Positions 1 to 13,249 of a stretch of 64,000 nt of DNA are shown piece after piece; within the stretch, counting starts at the first letter, position 1; each line of letters opens with the position of its first letter. The notes under the pieces were generated by a model. The model did not search any database, was not told where the DNA came from, and worked only from the letters and a program-made list of their open reading frames with translations. Source of the DNA: Bigelowiella natans CCMP2755 (taxonomy: Eukaryota; Protista; Cercozoa). The position numbers were made by a program, and so were the translations under genes. The DNA lies in contig ADNK01002828.1 in assembly GCA_000320545.1 (NCBI GenBank), positions 1-64,000 of the forward strand. Reading direction: 5' to 3'.

Positions 1-2407
1 CAAAAAACAAAGAGTGGCTTTGATATCGTCTTTAGATACCTGGTCTCCTAGCCCTTTTTGAGAGGAAACTGTCAAATTATCTATATATATATACATATAT
101 ATCTCCATCTCATCCCCATCACCACCATCATCACCACCAATAGCAACACTCTTTATACACCACCCCTCCTTATCATCAACGTGTCTTCTGCTTGTAGATC
201 ATTTCTATTTCCTTTCCCTATTCACACGTTGTATATGTTACCATCCATGGCGATTTGAAGTCAAAACCGATGTCCCAAGGCCCTCCTTTCTCCTCTGCAT
301 CTAATGTCTGTTTGATCCCTTCAAAGCCCTTTTGCGTGACTGCAACCTACATAGAAGGACCGTGCACAATGAAGTTATTTGATTTGATGGGTATAACGAT
401 GATGATGATGATAATGAGGAGGAGGAGGAGGAGGGAGGAGGAGGAGGAGGAGAAGGATGGGGGTCGGGGGAGAAAGAGAGGGAAAATTTTCTACTTCTAT
501 TACCACTACTGTTACTACTATTGCTTTTTAATTTGTATTGTGATACAACAGCAAACAGATCAATCGATCAACGTATTGCTAAATAGCGATTTGAGGCACA
601 ATTTAATAATGCTCTTACCTTGAGCTGTTTCGCCTCTTTCACGTATTTGACGTCAACAATGACATGAGGATGACCCGACCTATGAATGCATAACAAGTGT
701 CTCTTCAAGTTCTCTGAAACAATCAGCAGCAGCCATTTTGGAGTAATCACACAGCAAGAGCAGGAGCAGCAGCAGCAGAGTTCGGATAAATACTATTCCT
801 ACGCATAGAACAACCATCATCATCATCATCATCATCATTGTCATCGTTGTCCTCAATAAAGCACGATGATTCTAATTCGAACAGCTGAAGAAGAAGCACG
901 ATGCCGAGACTTCTAACACCCATTCTGAGCTAGTTGTAGGTAGTAGTAGTAGCACGCACCTCTTCAGCCAACCACAAGCCATCATCTTGAGGTTGGAAGG
1001 CTGCTTATTTGCCTCCTGAGAGGCAAAAAAGGTGAAAATCACGTCAGCACACAGATAGAACCATTATGATAATGCACAACACCCAACAACAGCAACAACA
1101 ACTGTAGTATCTTCGCCAGCATAAAAAACAAACAACAATAACAACTATGAGAACGATCGCTTGATATAGCAATGTGCTTACAAGGCAATTCTTCATAGAG
1201 GTGAAAAAGAAGGAAAAAACAGAAGGAGAAGAAGAAGAAGAAAGAGAAGAAGAAGAAGAAGAAGAAGAAGAAGAAGAGGAAGCTGCTCAGAAGTGATGTG
1301 CTCATTTTTCTTTCTAATGATCAGGACACACATGACTACAGATAGAACATAAGAATACGTTTCAGCTCAAATATCATCAAACTACAAGTACTCCTCCTCC
1401 TACTCCTTTTCCTAGAAATCACCTTCATTGTCTTTTCCATGGCCTCAATCCATTGCATGCTGGTAGCGTTGGCGTTTTTGTAGCTTTCATGATACAAATG
1501 CAACCCTAATGATAGTTTATATACGATTCGTGCATATCTCAAAGTATTGATGATATCGCTTGTGCTTGGTGATAATCTATCCTCTAATGCAACTTTCTTC
1601 TCTCTCTCTCTCTTTCTTTCTCTTTTTTTACCTTGTCCTCACAGTAAGTCTACTACATAATCTGATTTGGCTGCTACATAGTTGTGGTGATAGTATTATT
1701 ATTAGTAGTACCTTTGTTGAAAAGATCTTCCCCCATCAGCAGCTAGTACCATATCGTTGCAGCAGCAGTAGTAGTAGTAGTAGTAGCAGCAGTAGTAGAA
1801 TAAGAAGAAGAAGAAGAAGAAGAAGAAGATTAGTACACCATTAATACATTCTTGCACTCATGTAGAAGACTCGATAAGAAATATGTTTCTTTGTTTGTTA
1901 ATTATAATACGATTGTTCCAGCTGTGCAAGCCTACTACTACTAGTAGTAGTATTAGTTGTAAAAAGTAGTGCTACTACCTCGACCATACGCACAAACTCA
2001 GGCGCTTTGAAGTAAGTCATTCCAGTAATGAGCTCATTGGTAATGTTGAACCCTGCAACGTGCACGTATATGTACCACGCATCACGCACCAAGCAGCACT
2101 TGTTGTTAGTGTGATTATCACGCATTTCTTGCAGCAGGGCTAATTCATAGCCATCAAACAGTAATGATAAGAACTTACGGCATTGTATAAATTATAATCA
2201 CCTTCAGGTTCCACGGGCATTGCACGAGGTCCTGAGGAGAGAAGATGCAGCAATTTGTAGCATAAAATGGCACCAGCATCATTGCAAAACAAGCACAACA
2301 AAAGAGCGAATGAATGAACTAACGAGGACACATATCAAAGATTCCTTCTCTTCGTCCAATTCCATTCTATTTACACCATAACTATGATAATACCGCTGCG
2401 TAGTGGA

Positions 2408-2444
<37 letters not shown>

Positions 2445-2596
2445 TACACACCTGAATCAGTAGCCAAAGGCCCAGCGCCAGGGATGAAGGCCCTTGCAAC
2501 TTGCGAGAGACGAATATGACCATCTCCAAATATCTCCGCAGATCTCCTCCTATTACCACATATCGATTTTGACGTATTATTACGTGAGCAGTGATG

Positions 2597-2627
<31 letters not shown>

Positions 2628-2694
2628 CACCTCTCCATGTGGACTGTTACTGCCTCATTCAACCATATTTCAAATGGTGAGTACCCTGTCACCT

Positions 2695-2725
<31 letters not shown>

Positions 2726-2734
2726 CAGTAGAAG

Positions 2735-2766
<32 letters not shown>

Positions 2767-2948
2767 CACTTCAACGTTCATCACCATTCCACCCACCCAC
2801 CATTGCTAATAGATACTCCTTTTTTTTATAAGTAGTACATCATCGTCACTTTGAGCTCCTCCTTTCATTTTTACAAGAAGATTGCTACTACTACTAATAA
2901 TAATAATACTACTACTATTACTAATTATTATAGCACTTCATGAACGAC

Positions 2949-2983
<35 letters not shown>

Positions 2984-3618
2984 GACTTCCATTGATATTA
3001 TGGTAATACTCATGGATTTTAACAGCTTCCATGTAGACGTAAGCGCCATCAGATATGTAATCTGTAGGAGCAAGCCGAGACTGAAGAAGAAGAAGAAGGA
3101 GAAGAAGAAGAAGAAGATCACGACAAGCAGCAACGACAACGACGATGATGTAGAGGATATATGGAAAGATAATAATAAGAGTTAGTATTGGAATACCATC
3201 TCACGTGCTATTGGATTAGATTCTAACTCTAGCAAAACATGTAATAGTAAAATTCAATTCGTAATCACATATAATCATCAACACTTGTTACCACCTGCAA
3301 AATCGTTGTGTTTCCTACATTTTCCATCCCTAACAATTACGATCAACGCATGATGATGATGATGATGATGATGATGAGATGAATGGGTGATTTTAACAAT
3401 TACGATCAACGCATGATGATGATGAAATGGGTGGTTTTAAAATATTATTTTCAGATACGTAACTACACCTACCTCCGTAGTTTGAGTTTTGCATCCCAAT
3501 CTAAGAGAAATTCATGGAAATGTTTGAGAGGAATTCATAAGAAATTTGTACAATAAAGCCACAAGATGACAGACAACAAGAGCAATAGGAGCTCAATAAC
3601 CAGAGGTGAGTGACGGGG

Positions 3619-3655
<37 letters not shown>

Positions 3656-3865
3656 GTAATTCTGTACATAAGAGAAGGGCATGAACCAATGCTTTCATCA
3701 TAATCTTAATTTATATCATTTGCATCGCTAATTTCCATCGTGCATTGTAATGATTGTTATCATGGTGCTGTTATTGTTGTTGATGATGATGGTTACCTCC
3801 CTGTACGTCTGACCGGTGTATTTATATCCGGTATTTGTCCACACCTTCATGAGCTGCTTCAGCCT

Positions 3866-3899
<34 letters not shown>

Positions 3900-4024
3900 C
3901 TATTATTATTATTACTATTATTATTATTACTATTATTATTATTACTATTATTATTATTATTACGGCGCCTACGTAATGAAGTGCATCCCATCGTTAACAT
4001 AAAGAGCACCACTCATTTCTTCTA

Positions 4025-4098
<74 letters not shown>

Positions 4099-4467
4099 AC
4101 TACCTGCTACGCACATCCTTCAGCTCATCTTCTGTAGAAGCAGCTGTTGTTATCAATGATCACATATGATGAGTCAATAGGAAGGCAACATTGTGCATGC
4201 AAACAAATCAACAACGATAGCAGACGGTGGTGATTTCATCCAGTATTACCTTTGCCTTGGGCCTTCTCTAACAACAGCTTCTTCTTCAACGCCTCACGCT
4301 TAGTAATCAGTTCTTTCACCTTTCAAATTGCCATTACAACATGATGATGGGTGTAATCACGATTGACAGTGATCAATGTGAGAGAATTAGATAGCTCAAC
4401 TTCATTCTATTACTATTGCGGGGAGAACGTGCTATTTTATGTATATTATTGAGAATATATACATAGA

Positions 4468-4511
<44 letters not shown>

Positions 4512-7500
4512 TTTGATATAAGGAACGTAGTTAGTACTTGTTTTCTCTCTTGATTATGTTGGTTTGCTTCAGGTCCGGTCGAGTGATACGTCCAAAGGAC
4601 ACTATCATGCAACGCCTCAAGAGCTTCCTATAACAACAGAACAAACATCAAAAAATAGCACTAGAAGGACAATACCAAACAGCAACTACATACAAACTCC
4701 ATCACTGCTATCACATATAAGATGAATAGCAGAAAAGCTAGTTTCTCAGTACTTACACGACATTGATTAAGCAGCAGAGGAATCGAGAGAACATCTCACT
4801 GCTACTACTACTACTACTACTACTACTATGATTATTACGGTGTATTGTGCTTTGCGGCGTGATGCCTGTTTCTCATTCAACTTCGTCTCCGCAGGTAGTG
4901 AAAGGAGCTGCAGATCTATCACATCTCCATCAGGGTATTCCAGAGTCTTTGACCGCAGTGGTAGTAGTAGTAGTAGTAGTAGTAGTAGTTATAGTCATAG
5001 TGTGGTTAGTTAAAGAAACAAAAGAAGAATAAGGGGTAAAAAAGATCATGATTTTGTATCAACAAGTATTAATTGACTATTTGACCAAGAATTACCAAAC
5101 GATGAGACTCTTCTCATTCTCAATGGCGAGTCATCGTCGTCGTCATCATCATCATCATCATCATCATCATACCAACAGGGAGGATGGAGAAGGTTATGAT
5201 TGTCGTGGAAGAAGAAGAAGAAGAAAAAGAAGAATGGGCATCATCAGAATGGTGCTTGTAGTCAAACCCTCGTGTAGGTTTCGTAGATTCCACAACCAAA
5301 GAAGAAGAGATAAGAGGCCATATTAACCTAATAGTGGTGGCAGTGGTGGTGGTGGTGGTGGTTGTGGTGATGATGATGATAATTACTCCCATGATCATAC
5401 AGTTCTTTGCTTTGTGTATTATTAATACGATCTACCAGATGATTGCAGTACTTGATGACCTTCCTCTCTGGCTTAGTAGAGTCGCCCTGTTTGTTGATTA
5501 GATGGTAGTGGTGGTAAATAATAATAATAATAATAGTGATAATAATAATACACACGTTTAAACAACAAAACCAAAATGAGCGACAATAGCAGTGTATTAT
5601 ATTTAATGAAGTTTCAAAAAAACATGTTAGCAAGCTGCACAGTCCTCCCCTCTCTTTCCTTGCCCTCCCCCCTCGTCTTTGAGTGGTTGATGGGGAATTG
5701 TCACTACTAGCAGACATTAGTTATAGTTGAGTAGCAGCATTATCAACAGCCGTGAACGTACGTTTTCCTCTTGCTTATACACGGGAATCTTAGCTCCATC
5801 AGCGCCAATCTTGAAATATCTGTTTATCATTCTCATTTATGATGATAATGGCCGGTGATAGTTATGATAATATGAACGATGATGATGATGATGATGACGA
5901 TGGTGATGATGGTATAAATATGGTAGTAGGTTTGCTTTGATTACCCTGGGGCAAGATCTCCAGTCGATATCAAGTTAGTGTATCTTTGGTCAATAAGGAG
6001 GAGGAGGAGGAGGAGGAGGAGGAGGAAGTTTTATTATTGCAGAACTAGGTTGTCATCATTCCCATTTGTCGTCGTCCTCCTCCTCCTCCCTATCATTGCC
6101 TTCCTCTTCTTCTTCTTCTACCCCCTACCACCGTTTGTCTGCAACGATTGTTGTTGTGAAGAACGCTTTGGCACTCATACGATCGATTGCTGGCACAATT
6201 CTTTGAAAGCCGTATCTAGAAGTGCGATAACAAAATATGCCAACAATAGGTGAACGGAGTATGATAATGTTTGATAATCATCCTTTCACCACCACCACCA
6301 CCACCACCACAATCATCATCATCATCCCAAGGGTAGCATTGTTGCTTCTTCATCCTCATCATCAGCATCATCATCATCATACTGTTGGCACTGAGTAATC
6401 ATAGTCTTGGGATAGTCCCCCGAAAGAGTGTAATCGTAGTAGATTCCTGTCATTTTATAATCAAGAAGAAAATAAAGGAAATACGAAGGCAGTGGGGGAT
6501 TAGGTTGAGGAAGGTAGGAAATGCGGAGAGGGGGGGATGATACAAAGATGTCGTCATAAAATGCTAACTTATAAGAAGATCATCCTCTGTATTTCATTTC
6601 TTTCTTGAGCAGTCAAATGTTCAGCATCAGGTTGCTGTTGCATGCAGCAAATGTGAATATTATAACAGAAATTGATCGATCTCCGTGGAAGTAGTAGTCA
6701 GTCCTATTTGATTTTTCTTCTTAGTAGAGTGAATGGCGAATAACACCTTCCAAAACATTGGATGTTGGCTTCACAGCGTTCTCGGTGCGTAAAACAAATT
6801 CTTTTCCAGGAGATACTTCAACGCCTTGAACGTGCCAGTAAAGATGATTTCAAGTGTGAGGAATATTGAGCTTAGGGTATTTTCTTCAGATGAATATGGT
6901 AGCTGTGTATTTAAAGTATATGCTAAAAAACGCACAGAAGAAGAGCGCAGAGCAGTTGGACGCTGAATGCAGCAGCAACAGAGAGTGATACTTTTATGAC
7001 AGCACATGCTACAACTCATGACGGCTCAATGTGTTGTTTCAATAAACGAAGAAGTGACAGCGATTCTACTGCTACCACTAGTAGTAGTAGTACCAAGATC
7101 AACGATGATCTTTTCCTTCGACACTGCCTTGATCTCACTGACCGCTCTTATTGTATTCGATGATAATAATCAGATATACATGGATATGTTTGAATAAGTA
7201 GAGGTAATAATATCACCCTAAAACAGCATTGGGTTATAATATCACCCTAAAACAGCATTACAGCACATCAACAGATCTTACCCGCACTGGTAGTCTAGCA
7301 AGATTCACAATGCTGCATAATGTTATGTTTATTAATTGTTTTATGCTACTACTATACTACTTTGGAGCTTTTAATGAATCCACGTGGGACTGAAAATCTG
7401 CTCCACCTTGCTTAACATTTCTGATAAAAATCTTCTTGTTATTAAATATTATTATCATATCAAATCGACGGTAAAGATTAACGAGTCTCACATAAAATCC

Positions 7501-8369
7501 TCTTTCCTGTAAAGTATTGAAATGATTGTATTCGCATTTGCAGGTCACGCATAATACGACACAGCTGTGTGTAGGATGCATTACTCGGTAAAAAAACGAA
7601 GATATTGGTTGGTTACGAAGAACATCATATTTTACCCAAGCGGTTTGAATTCTTCATATCTCCAAATTTTAAGATCGATGAGATTATTCGCATCTAGCTC
7701 CACGGTGCTATGTCGTAGGAGTAGAAAATTAACAACTTAAAGGCAAATAATAGCGCTAAAGGAGTGCAGTATTCAGTTAAGTATTATTTAGTAGCATCGC
7801 TTAACACTTCAACCTGATGGTCTTCTCGCTGACATTTCGAAGGGAAAGATTCTGAGGTACAAAATGATATCATCCACTAAAATAATGTCGACGCATTGGG
7901 ATTGTTTATTATTCGTGTTAATAGCTATCCTCCTTTCGTTACATCTTTCAATTGTATCTACGCCTTGCACACACCTGGCGAACGACGACCAAGTCATCAC
8001 GGACATCGAAATGAAGGTCTAGGTGTAAGGGACTTACGACCTAGATGATAATGACGATGAGGATGGTGAGGATGACACTAATCGATTAGTTTCTAGCAAG
8101 TAGAAGGGCTTTATTTATTTCCACATGAACACTACTTACTTACCAGCTGTGGAAAGTCGGAGCGATACTGAGATAATGTATTAATTCATAATGAACAACC
8201 GAGTTAGAGATCGACCAAATGGTTGTAGAAATTCTACATAAATGGTGAAAAGTTACGGCAGACATGTATACAAGCACACTTTGGGGCAGTGCGTGTTGGT
8301 GTTTGTCGAAACAAAACGTCGCCTATTCACCTTTGCCCATTTGCGTTGTTTGTTCTTGGTGGTGGCCAT
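1..8369 (-). CDS. M1-family zinc aminopeptidase (aminopeptidase N/PepN-like), roughly 30 short exons; 3' end probably continues past the window start
   Basis: Hand-spliced GT-AG exons read MATTKNKQRKWAK|NFYNHL|YRSDFPQL|VVSPLHLDLHFDV..., ITQCQQYGFQRIVP, MASYLFFFGCG, NYGGMENVGNTTI (GxMEN, ~3296-3500), HEYYHNINGSQ|VTGYSPFEIWLNE (HExxH-x18-E, ~2630-3015) and GMTYFKAPEFVRM. Start ATG at 8367-8369 is inferred; one junction near 7400-7630 could not be phased. Confidence 0.93.
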
Positions 8370-8493
8370 GATAATTTCGTTCGAATTCGTAATAGCGGTT
8401 GGCCTCTTCTTCTTTTTTTTCTTCTTTCCTCCTCTGTGTAGTTATTATGAAGTACGCGAAGACAGTGCTCGGAGATGGTGGGAGATAGTGTGA
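8370..8493. promoter_or_regulatory. Putative bidirectional promoter (124 bp between divergent start codons)
   Basis: Aminopeptidase ATG (8369, -) and ATP-grasp ATG (8494, +) point away from each other; no promoter motif identified directly. Confidence 0.55.
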
Positions 8494-10464
8494 ATGACCA
8501 GTTTCGACTATTTGGTCAAACCAATTAATTTTGGATTCATAGTGTGCGACAACGATTTTATCTTGTCGCAGAAACAAAATGACGACTTCGGGAATCTCCT
8601 GAATTTGATGAGGCTCTCGGCCCACGTGGAACGTTCTCAAGACTACAAACTGCTCGGCCACTGTGAGGATCATGATCGATCAACACTTGATGAGGAAGAT
8701 ATGATGATTCGGTACGTGGCAATAGAGGATCAGAAGCCGGGCTCCTTTAACACGTTCAACGTCTCGTTTGATTCTGAGAAATATCCCTTCAGGTTGCATT
8801 AATGATACTCTAATCAATCATAGAAGTTGTAAAATGAATGGATTATTACTTTCTTGCTAGATTCAGTGACGATCATACTGGGGAGCTTGTTAGCCTACCA
8901 GATCCGAATGCCAAAGGAGGTAGGCTTCTCAAGCCGATAAAAAAAAATTAGATCTCGATTCCTTTTCATCATCTATCGTTCATGATTACATTGAACCCAT
9001 AATAATCCAGGTCGACCACGCTGCCATCTATGCCTGAGGGAGTTTCCTACGTATACAGCCAGGGATATACACAAGGGAAAGCCATGCTATCTTGACAACA
9101 AAAGTTACGGTACTGATGAGAATTCGGAGCCACTCATTCGAATACACTTTGAGAAAGATACGCTACCATATATTAAGGATGCCATCAATTCGCTTGGCCT
9201 TTCTGTTCATCTTGATGACCAACGCTACCATCATCATGCGTCCGTGGCAGTTAGAAAGAACATGTTGATGATAACATTAAAGCGCTTCTACATTGCACAG
9301 TGCACCAAATATAATATTGAGCAATGGTACCCAGCAATCAAAGCTCTCCCATCTCCAAAGAGTAGTAGTCTCACAGCATCTACAGTATGGTTCAAACTTA
9401 ATGACGAAGAATTGAAGGTTATCCAGGCTTTATGTTCTATGAAACTTGCGGAAAACATGGGTATGGGAAGGATGCGAATGAAAGCTAAGGAGCTTAGAGT
9501 AAGCTACCAATTAGAGTGTAAAATCGATGACATGATCCGAAGGAATGGTGGGGGAGCATACTTCCTTCGGTTGTCTACACGCAGCCCCAAAGATGCAATA
9601 GCGGTCAAGGAAGAAGAACAAGGAGAGTCGGATGCCGAGAGACTCAAAGCAAAAATTAACTCTCTTAAAATCTCAACAGGAGAGCAGGCTTTGGGCTTGT
9701 TGGCCAGGAGCCAGAGGGTGTTCACTGACATATCTCTTCATTTCCAATACCGTGTTAAGGGTACTTCCTCTGGTTCCCTGTGTCTCATCCTTCGAGAGTT
9801 TTTGGATGATCTTCCGCAGGACCATGAATTTCGCTGTTTTATTCACAAAAAGTGTATCACAGCGATAAGTCAGTATGACCCAAAGTACGTATTTTCCGCG
9901 CTACAAAATCGCATCTACGTGGAAAAACTCAGAAATATAATCATCAAGTTTCACGAGAAAGTGGCAAAAGCGTTGCCATTCGACTCTTACGTGATGGACG
10001 TCGCCGTGTTACCTGATATGACGTGTACTCTAATTGAAATGAATCCATTTGGCGCTCATCTCTCTAGCGGATCAGCTCTATTTCACTGGGAAAATGACTT
10101 TGAAATCTTGTACGGGAGAGATGGAAATGTACATTGTAATAAAGGACTTCCCGAGATGCGTATTCTAACAATGCGAACGAAAACTAACAGGATTGAAAGC
10201 GACCCCAAGGATATAAAATCTGATGCAGATACGAAAAATTGTGTGATCTGTAAGGTTATTCCGAAAACTAATACCCCGAAGCATGTGTATGTGGAGAGGC
10301 TCGAGGGTCTTTGCGACCGACTGGAGAAAGCAATATTAAAAATCCAAGCAACTAACAAAGGTTCTGAACATCGTCTTCAAAGTACTTTCACAGCAGCAAA
10401 TGTCTCAAAACTGGAACAGTTGTGCAATCGACTGGAAATGGTGTGGCCGCATCTCAAAAGGTAG
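8494..10464 (+). CDS. CDC123/R2K-clade ATP-grasp domain protein (~603 aa) with a C2HC zinc finger and two C-terminal CAP_N-like RLE motifs
   Basis: Exons 8494-8792, 8861-8919 and 9011-10464 join in frame with GT-AG introns. Motifs: YFLRLSTRSPKDA, EFRCFI, ISQY, YVMDV, LIEMNPFG..SGSALFHW; CHLC-x12-H-x4-C at 9022-9087; VERLEGLCDRLEKA and VSKLEQLCNRLEMV near the C-terminus. Confidence 0.88.
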
Positions 10465-10699
10465 CTCTAGAGCTCTTGAGACAAAAAGATACATGGAGAC
10501 AATTGGGTTTTGGTTTTTGATAATGTCTAACTATGCTCAAGGAATGCTTGCAGGTCGCATGTGTACGCTTTGGCGCACATTTCTCTATAATTGTACAGTT
10601 AAGATTCAACAAGATAGATAAATCTCGCTTCATCGTCATTGTTTGGTGTAATATAGCTGTGATAAACTCGCTCTAATTCCATCTCATGCCACGTACGGG

Positions 10700-11630
10700 C
10701 AAAGTTTCAGTATATTTTCAATTTTTACGAACGAAAGTTAGAAAGCGTAAGCTACAGCGCTTGTACGCGTTTGCATGTGAGAGAGATTGCGAGCTGTGTG
10801 TTGTGCATCAAAAGCTAGGCAGTGAACCATTGCACGGTCTAGCGGTCATCAACTATATAGCTACGAAAATTCACATCGTAAACGGTAATGCGATGCCTAG
10901 AATGCACTGAATGATAGACATGCAATACACAAAGTGTATTGCTGTGTCTATTATCTGATGCATTTAATCTGTCGCTAGGTCGGATTAGGCGGGACATGCA
11001 TCCATAGCTAGATAGCTCTGTAGCTAGCGACATTTAGCTAGCTGGATGCAGCCTACTAGTATAGTAATATGTCAGATGAATCATTAGGCATTGCGTTAGA
11101 TTGTAAACACCATAGGTACATGATTGCAAACACTGAACCAAACATTAATTAGCACATGTACACAACTAGACAACTACATTGATGGTAAAGATCAACACAG
11201 TACACACCTGGCTAGCTGGAGCATGTACGTTGTGTGTATCAAGCATGCAGTAATGGATATGTAGCTATAGAACATAAGAATCTAAGCTAGTAAGAGCTAT
11301 CTAGCTATGCGCATGCGTGTATGCATGTAATGTACACAAATACCCATATGTCTAGATATGTACAAATTATACACATCTAGATATAGCTATTTCCTTGACT
11401 TGCTTTTATTACGTATTATAGCTATGCGCAATCTATAAATCCTCCTCGTAGCATACACAACACTAGTGGTAGTACGGTATCTTTGAAGTTGCATCCCATA
11501 CACACATCGTTAGCGATTTTCAAATACATTATTGAGTAGATTGTAAGTCGCTGCACATATTTCAGGCTACAGCCCATTTAAAGGTTTGAACGGGCGAATT
11601 TGTCACTTTTATTTTGTGCACTGCCACTAG
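10700..11630. other. CTAG/CATG/TGCA-rich intergenic spacer between convergent genes (mild form of the TpA-erosion signature)
   Basis: Many CTAG/GCTAGC words (e.g. around 10975, 11007-11041, 11211, 11287-11304, 11352, 11377); no credible coding exons; other TpA still present. Confidence 0.55.
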
Positions 11631-11658
11631 TTGCGGATTCTTTCGACAATCACAAGAG

Positions 11659-13141
11659 CTACGATGTATCTGATTTCACTGTTTTCTTTCCACCTTCATT
11701 CATGCTGCTTTCGTCCCCCGACTTTGGGGTACCATTCTTCATCTTCATCGGACTATGAACGCTCAACGTTTCACAGTACATATAATCTGAGAATATTTCC
11801 TTCGCCAACTTCCTTTCCTTCTCTGTCAATGTCTTGGCATTCTTACGGCACCAATTTGACTTACACTTGGAGATACTTTGCAGCTTCTCCACGCGTTCTT
11901 CTAGCGTTATCAACGTTGGGGGGGCCGTCTTCTCCGCCAATACCTTCTTCCAATCGAGCGAATCAAAGAATTCATGCGACTTTATCTCTTCCCAATTTAC
12001 CCGACGACTGTGTTGTTGGTCCTTTCCTCCGTCTCCCTGCAACTCCTCTTTGTGCTTGCAACCGATTCGATTTCTAAGGTTGTACTGTAGCATCGCACAG
12101 ATCAGATTCTTCACCTCGGAGTGCTTGTCGAGGCGTTTGTGAAATTCTGGTGAAGGGAAATTCTTCGGATCTACATGGCTCATGAAGCAGACTTCTGCCT
12201 TGAAAGGATGATGAGCATGCAATAACTCAAACACTAAACATCCTAGAGACCAGACATCTATCCCTTGATCGTACTTTTCTAGGTTGATGAGCTCGGGAGC
12301 CATATAGCCTGCTGTTCCTGTATATTCCATAATTTCATCCTCTGTTGCATCTTCAGACATGTGTCTTGATCTATCGAAGTCAGTAATTCTTGCGTGATTC
12401 TCTTCACACAAAACTATATTTTCGGGCTTCAAGTCTCTATAGACAACGCCCAGGCTATGTATAGCTTCTAATCCACAGCAAATTTCTGCAGTCAAGAGTC
12501 TTGTACGCTCCAGCTCAAAATGGCCGTATTCTTCTAGGTGATATCGAAGATCTCCGCCTAGAAGTAGCGGCATCACCAGCACAAGGTGTCTATCTGTAAC
12601 AAATGCCCCCCGAAGCTGCATAATAAACGGTGACCTAAGCTCCTGCAATTCAACCAAAAGGTCTAGCTCTCTCTTCGCGTCTTTGGCATGATCAAATTCC
12701 TTCAGAAGTTCGCTTAGAGATTGGAATTTCATGGCTACAAGACGATCTCTGGACATCTAAGAGGAGGGAACAAAATGGATTATAAGGAAGACGCATTACT
12801 CTTCGAGTGCTAATATCGTGAGGTGATCACTTGGGACATTACCTTAGTCTTTTTGTCGGCGTGCTTGACCTTGGCAGCGATAACTGTGCCAAACGCACCC
12901 TATTGCGTTCGTAGTGTGGGAAATGACCACCAATTAGGACCCACAAACGACACTTTTTCCATCACAAATTTTACCTTTCCTACTATTCCGCATTGCTTGA
13001 AATCATGTAACCGGAGGCCATGCTAAAGAATCATGTGTGACCCAAAAAGAAGCATGAGATGGCTTCTGGTGAGAATACGCCATAGCAATGTAACTTCAGA
13101 AATACTCAAATAGAGACCTTAGATGGGTGACCGGCTCCCAT
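11659..13141 (-). CDS. AGC-group Ser/Thr protein kinase, GRK-like (~408 aa), with DFD in place of DFG
   Basis: Exons 13118-13141 (MGAGHPSK), 12975-13022, 12843-12899 and 11659-12756 join in phase 0. Motifs: GKGAFG, VAMK, LLLGGDLRYHL, AEICCGL, YRDLKPEN, ITDFD, GTAGYMAPE, DVWSLG, RIGC. Confidence 0.93.
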
Positions 13142-13249
13142 GATGACGATTGTGCTAAAATTTACTCCCCCCCCCTCTCCTTCTCTAGCTTTTCGTGGGT
13201 TCCCTTCTTTCTTCCTTTCCACCAAGAAGAGATAACGTTGTGCTGTTAT

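Noticed and set aside
4940-4960. Non-canonical 3' splice site in the aminopeptidase
   Set aside because: A canonical AG (…gtcaaag|ACT CTG) a few bases away gives an in-frame join YETYTR|TLEYPDG.
8494-13141. Bacterial contamination or a prokaryotic insert (long ORFs, few repeats)
   Set aside because: Both genes contain in-phase GT-AG introns and eukaryotic domains.
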